Assembly: GCF_964204645.1 (NCBI RefSeq)
Contig: NC_134030.1
Location: 7,296,778 to 7,360,777 of the forward strand
Source: Tubulanus polymorphus
Taxonomy: Eukaryota > Animalia > Nemertea
Direction of reading: 5' to 3'
Length of the DNA stretch: 64,000 bases
Position 1 is the stretch's first letter; every line of letters begins with the position of its first letter. The notes beneath the pieces were generated by a model. It saw only the letters and a program-made list of their open reading frames with translations, was not told where the DNA came from and made no database searches. Made by a program: the position numbers and the translations under genes. Shown piece by piece: positions 51,065 to 64,000 of the stretch.

Positions 51065-52055
51065 GGTTGATTTACGAGCAAGCTCAAGCGTTTATAACGT
51101 GATCAGTTACTCGTGACGTCATACCGGGTGAGATGAGTTGTGGGTAGTGTTGAACTGCATATTGTGAATACCGTGTATTTTCGACATGGTCAAAATGTGT
51201 CGACACGGTCAGAATTATTTTGCATTATGATGATGCATACACGTTTGGCGTAGTGCCTTTGTTGAGTGCATTTTTCGACACCGGATAAGATACTTACCGC
51301 TTCACAGAATGACCTGAGTCATTGAAAAACAATATTGATGACATGTTTTATCAGATGGGCTCCTGGACATCGTATATAGATTGTGGGGGATATTCTACTT
51401 GTTTCAGAGAAATTATTTTTCGCAAGTTTAATCAAGTTTTCAAATGAGTGAAGTTTTCAAATGAGTTTCTGTCGCTTCTTTAGCGTTTTGTTTCTCTCTA
51501 GCAGCGGCGATGCGATCGCAAAAGTGATTATAAGATAGATCTTAGTAGCAGATCGTTTTACTTATTTTTCAAGCGTGTCGCTATCCCTTTGCTATCGATT
51601 ACGATCTAAAATGGCTAGCCTGAAATTACATCTCTCAATTTGCTTTTCAAATTGACTGCGAGTTTTTACGTGTACGGCCGAGCAGAACGAGCAGCCATGC
51701 TTCAAATTAAATAATCTTGATCGTCGTGTTCTGAAATGCGATGGAAATTAGCGTGAATCTGACGTGGATGCGACCGTTCATTAACGAAACTAATATAAGT
51801 TCAGCCAATTTGGTCCCCGTTCTGAAGTCGCGGGTTAAAGTCGATCTCGAGGGTAAAAGAGCTAGATTTTGCCGCGAATGACGTCAATGATAGTCTTGTC
51901 AGAATTACTTCGTACAAAAGGTTCTTTTGAATAGATTTCGTGATATCAAGTTTGTCAGTCATTAATGATTCACGTGGATTTTGTGTTGTAAATATGTTTA
52001 TAATTTTGATTGTGCGTCTCTAATTTCTCGAACTCGTTAAAAATCGTTAAATGAA

Positions 52056-52238
52056 GCTGTTCAAAAATTACGTAACGCGTATTGGGGGTTGGGGAGTGTC
52101 AAAAAGTTTGTTACAGATTGTTACAAGGGGGAGGGGTGTCTGTTACATAACAAGTCTGCCAAAATTTGTTACAGCTTGTTACGAGGGGAGGGGGCATCAA
52201 AATTTCCCCAAAAATGTATTACGTAACTTTTGAACAGC
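52056..52238. mobile_element. Tourist/PIF-Harbinger-like MITE
   Basis: TIR GCTGTTCAAAAATTACGTAA / TTACGTAACTTTTGAACAGC; internal TTTGTTACAG..TGTTAC.AGGGG direct repeats. Confidence 0.85.
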
Positions 52239-54639
52239 CACATATGTACGTAAAAAAGACTTACATCGGTTCAAGATCATAAAAACGTGCACGATGATTT
52301 GGAAAAAAATTCGAAGAAATTTAGAAAACTGGCCAATCCACACCTCCGGAAGGTGGACCATCGGGTAATCTCTTTTACCTGCCATTTAACGCAGCTAACA
52401 ATGGTCTAATGTTGTAAATCATTTGTGCTTTGTACAAAGCACTATTGTTTGTTGTTCACAGCAGTCGCAAATATTTATTTCATCAAGGAATGATTTTTCG
52501 AAGAATCTATATACTCCGTAAAGCTCCTCGGCGATAGTAACACAATACTCACCAGAACACACACTCACACACGTTCACTGAATGCGTGCATCTTAATGTC
52601 GGTTTTATGATGTAATTTTTGTCTTCTTTGTGCATTAGTTATGTGTCATAAACTTGTGACTGGCGATAAAACTACCTGGCTGCACACAGTAAACTAACTC
52701 TGAATGCTCGACTGATTGCTGCGAGTTTCTCCGATCTAATTTCACGTGGAGAGATGCAATGCCGGAATTTACGGGCCATAAACTAAGGGTGGAGGACTTA
52801 AGCGGCCTACCGGTTTGTTGAATTATAAATGGATAGCCAACGAGGTTGCTTCATAGTATTTGTGCGGAATTCCGCGCCCAAATTTCGAATTGAAAGCATA
52901 AGAATAAGATGTGGAGGTGGTTTCACATCTATACATCACAATTTAAACATTTTCTTAATTAAAAAAATCCGATATAATTCGTTCGGTATATGAATAAATT
53001 GCACACCAAATTCGGCAATATTATAATTTATAAAGGATGTAAATACGAGCGTTTATTGCTCGCTCTTTCGCATGCAGAAATATAACATTTAAAGTAGCAA
53101 TCGGGTGACTCCTCCACGCCGACAGGGTGATTAAATATCTGTAGAATAATGATAGCTCGGAGCAGTTGGATGTTCCAGACGCCGGAAACTGGTACGTAAA
53201 CCGATAAAAGACCGGATATGCTGTTGCATGCCGATACGTGTGAACAGTCAATACCGTGACAAAACCTATCATTACCGTGGAGATAGTTGAAAGGAAATTG
53301 CGTATCAATTTTTAAGCGATGGCTATTCTGCGAACTTGTAATACGCGACTTCTTCAGTGCGTCTATGGTTTCCTGACACCTGCGAATTAACTTTTAACCA
53401 ACCAAATTTCGCAAACCTGTCATCATTATAGACGACAACTCTCCAATTACATATGTATATGATCTAGTTATCTTGTTGCCATCGCATGGGAGCAGGATAC
53501 GGAAGATGTATAGAAATATGGCGAAAATAGATCTTTATTTGTTGTTCCCTTTACGGTTGATTCAGGCCGATAAAAAGCTCAAATCATTTACGGTTTTTAT
53601 TTGATGTTCACGGCTAAATTCCACCAAAAGCCGGCATGGATAGGTCAATTGAATTAACAATTCCATGCATCAAAAAGATGATATAACGCCGCAAGTCATC
53701 AATTGATAATAAATCGTATTGAATTATCGACTCGTTAATTAATTGATGAAAACTTTGACATGCATCGATCAAATGCATTTTGAACGTAATTCCGACATCT
53801 ATAAGTATCATAGAATATACTGGAAAAACACCTAGGGCTTCGTTTTAACAAAATGATGTTATCCCGCAGAATAGCCTAGAATTTTCACAATGTTATATCG
53901 GATTTGCATGACGCAGATAATGATTATATTGTTCTGGCCAATATCTGTACATGATAATCCCAAGTGTTTTATTTTGGTAACAATATATGGTGCAAATAAT
54001 CCATTGCTGCTTGAAATGATATGAGAAAGTAGTGAAACTGGCCCCTGACTAGTTTTAGACCTACACCACGATGCCACTACTTAGCAGATAACGCAGTGTT
54101 TAACGGAGTTACCATAAATCGTTACTGCCAACAGGCATTTATGTATTGTTTTTGTTTTAAGACCTTCAGTCTGGGAAAAAAATTTTCTTCGTGCGGTCGA
54201 ATGACGTCTATTCCGAATTTAGAACAAATGTTTGCCCTGCGGAACATCTGATAACAACTTGTCATCACTTGCCTTTGTGGGTTTATTATTTGAAAAAAAA
54301 TTGATACAATGAAATAAAAACGGTTTAATGGAGGAGTGATTTGATCAGGAATGCCGCTGGCTTTAAGTACTTCGATTGGTGAGTCTCGTTCAACGTATGA
54401 AAAGAAATTTGTTTTAGTTGATAGCAACATTTGAGGATATTTTTGAAAAGTAACTTCACTAGCATAAACCTCACTTGCACTTATTGATTTCTTTCCACTT
54501 CTGAGACATGCTATTGAAAAAAACTCAAGTCGTGCCGCAATATTGGGGCCACCACTTTGATGACGCAGTTCACATCCACTAAAAATTCATTATCAAGAAG
54601 GTATGAAAATTCATTCAACAGAATTAAAATCTTGAAAGA

Positions 54640-54785
54640 CGCCAATTTTCACAATTGTAGGCATATGTTAATTCGAAACGCCAATAGCGATGACGTAGTG
54701 CACATCAACTCAAACAGTACCCCTGGCCCTTGAATAACGCATAGTAGCTCAAAACATTATCATAACGGTTTTTACGGCGTCAAAA
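54640..54785 (+). repeat. Dispersed repeat family, copy 3 (partial)
   Basis: GAAACGCCAATAGCGATGACGTAGTGCACATC...AACATTATCATAACGGTTTTTACGGCGTCAAAA. Confidence 0.75.
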
Positions 54786-54799
54786 ACTTTTGTGTCAAG

Positions 54800-55023
54800 A
54801 TGATCACGGCGCGCGATTTGGTTTCGAACCTCGCAGGTGTCGTTATTTTTCGGTACTTAGTGCGGCCGGTTTACGGTAAAAACTCAAATCAGTTGTTAAC
54901 CACGTGGAGCCGTGTTCTGGTACACCACTGAATAACCCATACTATCCAACCAACCAACACGTGGCCGCCATTTGAATCGGTTCAAATCAAGATTCAAGGT
55001 ACCCGTTCGTGGAGAAGGTATGA
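54800..55023 (+). promoter_or_regulatory. Putative promoter / non-coding first exon
   Basis: Two CACGTG E-boxes (54901, 54958), YY1-like GCCGCCATTT (54964-54973), donor AAG|GTATGA at 55017, CpG-rich. Confidence 0.4.
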
Positions 55024-55965
55024 AACAAAAGGAATTTTAGCCAGGTTTGGGACATTCTTCAAAAAGCATAGACCTCGTGGCCTATTCGGTATAACGTTTT
55101 GCCATTTGAATTTTTGGTTTTGTCGATTGAGTCTGTTGTCTGTGTTGAAGTTCTCATATCATGTGCAGTTTCTTCGACGTAAATTGTCTCCAGGGGGAGA
55201 GCGACTGCTCTGCTGTGAGGAAGAGTTGTTGTTGCAAGACGACGGTGACGCGTCGTGTCTCCTCGGGTTGTCACAACTTCCTTTGCTTATTGCCTGCCCT
55301 TCACTTCTTCGCTCGCCGAAAAATGATAATAATTGGCGACATATGTTTGAATTAGCTGCTCTGTGATTTATCTATCTGTCATCGATGTGTCAAAAAAGTA
55401 TACAAAATTCCTCGCTTTAGGCCTTGTAGAAGACAACTTCTTATTTGAAACCCAAATATGTAAACAAAGCTGCAAGCTAGGTGATTTTCCCGCGGATAAT
55501 ACTTGAAGAAATAATAAAAGTGCATTGTACATGTCCAAGAAATGTCATCCAATAGAATGATAAACATTGATCTTTTGAAAATTTCAGAAATGTATTTGTT
55601 TATTTTAGTGCCAACTCGAGTTTTTAGAATACCCGGTACATTAAAATGCTTGTGGATGCCTCCTATTTTTCAAATTTTTTGGAGGAGAGCTTATCGTACC
55701 TAAGGCTCTGGCCTTTGTGGTACCTAGCCTATAGGCCTAACCCAAAGTATGCGCTTTTTTCCTGTGTAGGGTCCTACTAGAAAAAGAAATCGGAAGTAGG
55801 CCTACCTGTGTTTGGGTCTGTGAATCTATTCTGATTGACCTAGGTCAGGCCATATTTCGAATCATCAGTTTTTCCAATTAGGCTACAAGATGGAATTCTC
55901 TCTAAATTGTTTAGTAATGAGAGGACCTTGAACATAAGGTTTACAAGTTCATCTGAAGTGCATTC

Positions 55966-56026
55966 TATTGACTCAAGTACGGAGCTTTGCGGCTGCATTC
56001 TATGCATTCAGGTAAACAAATATTCG
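55966..56026 (+). repeat. Splice-donor-containing 61-bp cassette, copy 1
   Basis: 52/61 ungapped identity to 56889-56949; CAG|GTAAAC at 56011. Confidence 0.8.
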
Positions 56027-56888
56027 GTATTCTTTTTTAACCCGGGACGTCTTGTAAAACCCTGATATTTTAAGCGCCCGTTTATTTAAGGCACCCTTTT
56101 AAAAGATGGCACAATTTTGTTGAAAACCAAAAATGGGCAATTTCTGTAGAAAAAAGCCTTCTTGGACAGGGGTCTAATCTGCACTGTCAGAATGCCCTTT
56201 TCTTCTCAATTTGCCTCAAAATATTTGGTAAGATCCTCAGATTTTGCCCTGGATCCGTCTCTGTCCCTAGACCCTTTCGTAAAAGAGATATCCGAAATAA
56301 ATTTTAGGCATGAATCCCAGACACTTGAGGGTTTGGTACTTCGCAGAAAGTTTTGGTAAATGAGGCAAGCAGTCTCATTCTCTAGGATTCTGGTAAAAGC
56401 TATTTTATGTCAATGTTTTGAAGGCCTATCAAAATTTAGGAGCCCGTGTTAAATAATGGGGTCTAAAATCGACGATATCGTCCTTTGTTAACCATGAAGA
56501 CAGTTCTGAGAATTATGAATATATTTCTAAATCAGAAAAGTGGTTGAACCATCAAATTATCTCTGAGATATTGCGATGTATTACAAGCTTTCTCCATATA
56601 TCGATGGATATACAATTGAATGAAAAACTTTTTACCAAACTCCGATAGATTGAAACCCTTTCAGCAGGCAGCCACGAGCGTAAACTATCGATAATGAAAA
56701 ATATTGATCCCTGATTTATTTATTAATACCAAGGCTTCGACGAGACGACGCTTGCTCGAGAGATGGTCATGATTTACGAATGAGGTTTATCGTTTCGTCG
56801 GCAGGTGGCAGCACCGATCAGTGTGAACCGGTTACAGAGCGGTGCAGCATGATGCATGTGTCATCCCGCTGAGCCTGGCGTGTGTGAG

Positions 56889-56949
56889 TATTGACACAAG
56901 CACGGAGCTTCGCGGCTGCATTTTACGCTTTCAGGTAAGTGAATATTCG
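56889..56949 (+). repeat. Splice-donor-containing 61-bp cassette, copy 2
   Basis: Perfect donor CAG|GTAAGT at 56934, preceded by CpG-rich leader-like sequence from ~56730. Confidence 0.8.
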
Positions 56950-59900
56950 TTTTAATCCATGTTTAAAACTCATTTTCCGTTTTTGTTCGTGGTCGCGGGG
57001 TTTGTCACCCAGTCGATACGTTCGGCGCTATTTTTACGTTTACGTTTGGCTCCTTTTGAAATCGGGGATGTATAAAGAAAGATCTATACATTGTGCGCTA
57101 TTTTTTTGTCAATGAAAGCATTATTGCTTCGTTTACACCCGGTGAATCTCTTTAAAGTTTACAAATTTGGCTTCGTTCGGCTGTGAACAGCTATTGTATT
57201 AAAGAAGAAATGTCTCAAAGTGGTTATATAGCGGGACAATTGTGAACTTATTGTCTTGTAGTGTAGAAATAACCTAGGCCCTACAATTAGTCAGTAATTA
57301 GACTGTATGGTTTTGTTTAACAATCCTATCATATTTGCTAGTATTGTCTGCGGATATCATCTTCGAACTATTCGATTGTCGGCTAACTATAAATTCGAGA
57401 TATTTGAGAGTTATTTCGTAAGACGTTGCCAACCACCGATTCTTTGTATTCGCGGAGTATGCCTAGGGGGCAGAACTGTTTGACCCGTAACTAAATGAAC
57501 AAAGACACAGCGCATCGGCTTGTCAGTACGAATTAAACCTATTTTCACTGGTCTGAGTTTTATCACTCGGAGAATGGAATTACGGCCGTATCCCATCTAG
57601 GGCTTTGCGTATATTCTTTTCGTTTTGCTCTCGTGGATTCTATGTCATAATGCATCAAAGCGAAAGCCGAAATAATCTTAATGTATTTTTCAACCGGTTG
57701 AGAAGGCTGCTTTCCGTAAATATTGACTCAGAGATGCGCATTTAGCCGACGTAATTTGCATCAATATTGCAGCTATTTCATGTCAGGTAAATGGTCGTAT
57801 TGTGTGTTTGAACGAATTACAACATTTCAAAAAACAAGCTGATAAATTTAGCAGTCGCATGCTTACACTCGATTTGCATGTTTAATGTCTCAATGAATAT
57901 GACAGTAAGCCCATCAGACGCGTATAACGTAGTAGTACTAGTGGAACCTTATTGGAATAATTCAAAGATGAGAATTTTGATGGAAATGAAATGCAGTAAG
58001 TGCTCAATGCAGACCGGGCCAATTTGTTCGGATAATTGTTTTTGAATATGATTCTGTCCCTATGCATGAATTACCGTTGCTTAAGACCAAAATCTTCATG
58101 GTCCAAGAAGATTTGAATTTGAGCAAATAGGTTCGGTAATAAAAACACAGATTTATTTGTCCCTTGAGGTTTGGAGTAAACTAGCTTCCGATGCGTACAT
58201 GCAGCAGCACCACCAGCAGCAGTCCCGTATCAAGTTATGAGTGATGATGATGATACCGTTGGTCAATGGAAAACATTATCTCTGAAGTGAACGCAAAGAT
58301 CGATTAATTTATGCTCCTTGATCTTTACTACGAGCGTGTACAACAGCTACATGTCAATACTCTCTCAATCTCTCTACTGTCATATCATGACATGACTATG
58401 ACAGTTGACTCTTTCAGAAATCGATAAATTCGACTCTAAAATAGTCATAAAATTAAGTTGTCGATATAGTCACGCTATGCGCTATGAAGAACTAGTGTTG
58501 CTTTGGGGGTTAAGGTTATGGTAGGGACATACTTTGTCACATCTAAACTGCAGTTGCTCCAAATGACAGGCAAGATGTTTCCGATATCTGAATACCCAAA
58601 AATCTATAACCAAAGAATTTGACTTAAAATCAACAACTTTTTAATTTAAACGATCGTCCTACGATGTATCTTACTATAAAGATTAATTATACATTAGAAA
58701 TACATTGATCTCACAATTGACAGAAACTGTAAGCCCTTTAAGGGTAATAACATGATTTATTTCTTAAATTAAGCAATGATGTTATAAAACTATATTGGTG
58801 TCTCTATGTCCCTTTTGTGACAATATATAAAAAATGCTGTGCTGATACGATAAGAAAGATGAAGATGACTATTACCGTAAGTTTATAGTCGTAACATCGA
58901 ATCAATAAATCCATGGCTTAAAAGGAAACTTTTTGGACTTCATCTTTCTCATATAAGCACTGGATTCTCTATGTATGATGCTTGAATAACTATTGCTATT
59001 ACTTACCACTGAGGTTATGGTTTGTGTAGCTATCCAAATTATCACCATAGTTTTAAAATTTCATATGCTAGATTCAATGAATTATAAATTAGTCTAAATT
59101 TCATGTCGCTCTTGGACAACAATGTCCAGGCGAATGCCTTGAGTCCTGTGGATATCTCCAATGACACCAAACTCGAAATTCATCGACATGAACACAAAAG
59201 ATTTCATGCCAAATTGAACACATAATTTGAACACAAATTCACCACATGCATATCATCATGCACAAATTGCCGAATTCAAAAATGAAATTCATTTGGGACA
59301 AAAATCAGAATAGCTAGATTGGATTGCGAAAAAATATTGAAATTGATGATTGTAAACTTTTGAAAATGCCTATACATAGAACGATAGCATATGTAGGCAA
59401 ATAACCTTGCTCCAATTCCTTTTTTTCTTTCTTTGGTATTTGAATTTCGAAATATTGAGGTTTTATTTATTTGATTTCAGAAATAAATTGCAACAATGTG
59501 ACAATCAATGCATAATGTTGTAAAACTGGGGTTTCAGATTACCGCAGTTAAAAAGGTGTAAACTCAATGTCTATGTCTAAAAAAAAAAACATACATCCAT
59601 AATCACATGTTATACTATATTTTTCGCGCGAAAGTTATTATAGATTTAAGCTACACCGAAATAACTCAAGATTATTGAGTAATCAACTGCACGCATTCGA
59701 TGATGAATTCATGATACATAGTTCTTTACTTACTGTATATGCAAATAATCTAAAAATAGATGTAATTGATAGAAAAAATTATTTTAAAAAATTAATCCAA
59801 GAAAAGCCTCGATAAAATTTTTTTTTAGAAAAAAAACGTGACAATAAATTTTTCGCATAGTTGTTATAGTGCTTTTTGCTTCGAATTTTTTTTCTTTCCT

Positions 59901-60139
59901 TTTGTCAAAATGAATATGGAATCAACTGTATAGTTAGTATGCGAAAGTCGTTAAAAATTCAAAAACTAATTGATGAGAGGACAACAGAAAAAGACATAGC
60001 TTTCTTGCTTACATAATATGCATGACTGACGATCGATGACCTGAGCTTGAGAATAAAGATGTTTCTGCATTATAGCCGTGATCACTTGACCGGTTTTAGC
60101 GTCCATGTCAGATAAGGGCTGACCGTACACGTGGGTGTC

Positions 60140-60331
60140 TAATGGGTGCTAAATTTGGCACTGACCAAAAACGTTGAACCAGGCCCGTGCTAAAATGTAG
60201 CAGGAGTCAAATTATTGCGTATGAACACTAACTGGTTCTGGAAATGCCTTACCTCGCTTTGTCATAGAATTTTTTAGTATTGAGTTAGTGGTTAGTTTGC
60301 GTATGAACGCGCTCTTTAATTAGGCACGGGC
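60140..60331 (-). repeat. Inverted copy of the 4595-4850 dispersed repeat
   Basis: Reverse complement GCCCGTGCCTAATTAAAGAGCGCGTTCATACG...ACAAAGCGAG...GAACCAGTT. Confidence 0.7.
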
Positions 60332-60333
60332 TT

Positions 60334-60747
60334 AAGGGCCATTTACTTGTGAAACATGGAAACCTTAGGGAATCGAGAAAATCTAGAACAAAATCGACAA
60401 ATTTGGAAAAACTCAGAGAATTTGAATGTATTATCTACCTCGTGTTTTTGTCTTTATCAATATCTGATTCATAAAAAATGGATAGATTGCAACCATTTCA
60501 TCGGATTCACTCGAGGAAGTTTGTATTATTATAACATGCGAAAATTCGGGGAAATTGTAATTTATGTTCTCAGCTGATAAGTTTGGCTCTACAAGAGAAA
60601 AGAAAAACCCGACCACCCCCCACCCAAGAGTCTATACTGGACTCAGCTTATAGGTTTGGCTCTACATGAGAAAAAAAAACCCCTGAGAGTCTATACTGGA
60701 GCCTATACTACAGGGAATTTGTAAATATGTAGTAAGTGGCCACCTTG
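60334..60747. mobile_element. Degenerate hAT-like MITE (CAGGGTGGCCACTTAC family) with internal ~70-bp duplication
   Basis: Right end GTAAGTGGCCACCTTG; CAGGGAA-type motifs; GTTTGGCTCTACA...GAGTCTATACTGGA occurs twice. Confidence 0.5.
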
Positions 60748-62567
60748 AAAAAATCGGCTAATTGAGTTATTCAAGTGAAGTCAAGTTTACTTGTCTTATA
60801 GGTACATATCTCTTATTCTTCTACACGTTCTTCGATGTCGTCGATTCATCTTGTGTCACGAGAACTCTTGTAAATTCGTAAACCGTCACCGCTTTGTTGA
60901 CGAGTAAACGAGACCCGTGTGGTTCGTCTTTGATAAATTTGTTCGGATTCGACATTGAATTTAACGTCGTTCGACCGACTCGCGATTTATGAAGATTTAT
61001 CGCGTACCCCGGTAGTGCTAGTTGACGTATTAGTTTGGCAATATGAAGACTGCAACTTTCTCATTCGGAGATTGATATCGATATGAAATATAAATGTATG
61101 TCGGATTGATGTTCGCGAGAGGTTGATAATTACTTTTCTGAATCTAATATTGTCGGAAACGAAAACGAAAACGTACATAAAATCCCCAATTTTCATTCTA
61201 CAATGAATTGAGCCATTAAATATCGAGGAAATATTAACTGTTGCCCTCAATGTCTAGAACAATTCCATTCTTTTCTACTTGGTATAATTTGTGGTGATGG
61301 TTAATTAAGTCACATCTTAGTACATTCTTTGCTTTGGTGAGCTACTTTGAGCTCAGACAACTACCCGGTATCCAGAAATGATAAATCTTATCCTATCTAA
61401 ATCTATATCCTATAGTAAAAATAAGAAAAATAAGAAAATTCAAATATGAGCGCATAAATCCAGGGGAATCCTGCTTATGGCTGCTAGGCCATCATCTTAG
61501 CTATGGATTGAAGTGGTTTTTGCCCCACATACTCAACCTGACTTTTGAAATAATCAAACCTCTAGAAAGGAGGGGTATCCCAGTATAGGTGTCCCAGTAC
61601 ATCCGAGCAGAATACTGATGGGAATCCTACCACTGTATTTGGTATGCTTATGCAGTGGGAAACCAATTAAAGGAATCCCCTATTTCATCATCAATGTGTC
61701 TCAGGACTCACAGATTTTAGACATACAACTGTAATTCGTCACCTATTTGTAGAACTAGGGTAATGTTTATGGGGGACCTCTATTCCAATCTAGGTACTAT
61801 TTCTAGGGTTCTGCTCTCTATGCATCTTAAAATATATACGATTTCCTGTGATCGGTAGTAAAGTCATTTCTTATTATTTCCTTATCCTTGATGAGCTATG
61901 GTTCTTCATCAAACCAACGAGCCATATCAGACAAAAAATAGTAACTGTTGGCCTAGGTCACTAGAAAAATTCCAACCTTTTTCCACTTGGTTGTGTAAGA
62001 TAATATATTCTTAGCTTTGGTGAGCTATTATAGATATTTTTATGCCACTCCGTAAATCGTGCTATGGTGTTTTTCAATGTCAGCTCTTCTAACGGTATCT
62101 TTAGTTATGGGAAGATTTTTTTCGCTTTCGATACTGCTGAAACTTTTATCGTCTTTTTGCGTTCTTTTTCGACTGTAACCGTAGTCGCACGAGCCGGGGA
62201 GACACGGGCATTCGTTTTAAGTTCATCGGGGAATCAATAACGAATGAGAGTCTGAAAATATCGTATATCAAAGCACAAATTGGTCTCGGCGAACTAATTT
62301 TTTGCATGGAATATTTCTCAAAGGATTTCGAAGGTACGTGTTGTCACACGCACCCTCTTTAGATCTTTTCGTTTTCTTTAGACGTTGTTTTGTTCATCTA
62401 TTCACTGTATATTCGGATTTGAGAGTGAGCGTTTTTTGTGAATGTTCTGTACTTCCGATGAAAACTGTCGTTAGTAACATCATCCACCAATCGATAAGTT
62501 TGATTTTGAAGATGGCAAAGAAAAAGCCTCTTAGATTTAAGTCATTTGAAGGCCGGGCGGACAAAAC

Positions 62568-62826
62568 CAGGGTGGCTACTTACCCGGAGAACAGGGAAAA
62601 GTCGGGAAACTTTCATTTCCTTAAAAGAAAAGTCGGGGAATTTTGCAAAACAGTTAAAAATCAGGAAATTAAGTTAAGATGGCTAGATCGTTACGAACAG
62701 TTTAACATATTTGACTTTGTTAGTTGATTGGATTCTGAGCAGTTCAAGTCAGGGGAAACAATGAACATGTCAGGGAGAAGTCAGGGAAAAAGCAAGTCAA
62801 ACGCAAGTCAAACACATGAGTGGCTT
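62568..62826. mobile_element. hAT-like MITE (CAGGGTGGCTACTTAC family)
   Basis: Left end CAGGGTGGCTACTTACC, repeated AAGTCAGGG/AAGTCGGG subterminal motifs, right end GAGTGGC. Confidence 0.65.
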
Positions 62827-63936
62827 CATCAGTAAAAAAAAAATTAACTCCTCACAAGCTTAACTAGGCAGAGTACTATCCTGTCGCTTGCCTATCGTTC
62901 ATAGGTTTTTCTCTTCGCTTTTCAAGAATCTTTAAAAAACTCAACTAACGAGAAAGCTGATGCTTTGATCGACGTGATAGGGGTTCGTTTGTGATTCCCC
63001 GTCGCACCTCCGTTTAAATCGTTCGTTTATAATCTTTGACATACTCGGCGTAAGTCTACCGCGCGTTGTTAAGGGGCGGCCGATTCTTTGATCGAGACCG
63101 GTTAATTCTAAAGTTTGACTGCGAGATACAAATCATCAATCTCTCGCTGATGAACTCATTTCTTAAACTGTGATTATATCAACGGTGTTCGAGACAGCCA
63201 TTTACTCTCTCGCGCGCGCACCGCGTACGCCGAATTTGAATTTCAAAATCAAAGTCTCGAGTAGTTGTAGCAATTGACGAGTCTTTTGAATTTGCTTCGT
63301 TGTCAGCGGCGACGATGACTCAAACGTCGACGATTGATGGATAGAACCATCAATGATTTGAATTTAAATAGCAGCCTGTTAGCTTCAAGGATTTAGTCTC
63401 GGTTTGTCTCTGCGACGGTGATGACAGCCTGAAACGATAGATAGACGGACAGACAGTCGTTGCTGCCTTTTTTCGCCGACTGTTCGCGCTATCATCATCA
63501 TCGGTTTCTTTCGCTGAACGAATCATTCATTTTGACAGCGTTCAGCGCGCAGTCACCGCTGTCAGGTTTTTGTGACGGCTCGATCTCGCATTACTGTTCC
63601 TATTTCTTACACAAGTAGTCGACTATGTCGAGCAGATGATCGAAATATCGAAGAGTGTTGAATTATGCAGTAAATAAAACCTTCTTCATCCCACTTGTAG
63701 GTTAGGTTTTTTATTATAAATTCGTTTTTTTTCTTGGCCAGGGCCAACTATTCATTCATACGGATGCCAAATGGTGCCTGACAAAAAATGTAAGATTTTG
63801 ACCTTATTAGACAAATTTGCCTCGGGCCTGATCTGGGCCAAATTGTGTCCGTGTTATCGTGGCTTGTGTACCTATCTGGCTCCAGATTTGAATCTTGTCC
63901 TAATTTATCCTTAAAATCTATTTTAATTGGATTCGT

Positions 63937-64000
63937 GTTAACCCTTTCAGTGCATCTACACCACTGTGCTGTGTATAAATCGGTGATGTACTACGTATAC
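63937..64000 (+). mobile_element. piggyBac-like terminus, truncated by the window edge
   Basis: TTAA followed by CCCTTTCAGTGC; GATGTACTACGT resembles the inverted GACGTAGTGCACATC motif of the dispersed family. Confidence 0.4.

Noticed and set aside
58568-58590. miR-31-like AGGCAAGATGTT
   Set aside because: 12-nt match only, the 3' half diverges, and I see no hairpin.
62302-62727. 141-aa plus-strand ORF
   Set aside because: TTG start, and its 3' part is MITE sequence.

Overview
This is AT-rich eukaryotic DNA, most consistent with an invertebrate animal, and it is essentially non-coding. I recognise no complete protein-coding gene, rRNA, intact tRNA, known miRNA or CRISPR array; the listed ORFs are short (<160 aa) and mostly chance or repeat-derived. 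The window reads as long intronic/5' regulatory sequence: CpG-rich unique blocks alternate with CpG-poor blocks full of short non-autonomous DNA transposons (PIF/Harbinger-like GGGCC-terminal MITEs, hAT-like, Tc1/mariner-Tigger-like, piggyBac-like ends), three tandem repeats, foldback elements and decayed tRNA-derived (SINE-like) heads. Best-supported items: a hAT-type insertion with an 8-bp TSD whose empty site is present elsewhere in the window (29339-29665); a Penelope-like inverted element with a 12-bp TSD and a broken hammerhead-ribozyme core (23064-23246); a 344-bp foldback (34590-34933); and a duplicated 61-bp splice-donor cassette (55966/56889). The most interesting but inferential signal is a series of short ATG-initiated plus-strand segments ending at splice donors in the same phase (phase 2) between 36 and 46 kb, suggesting an array of alternative first exons of a large gene whose shared exons lie outside the window.
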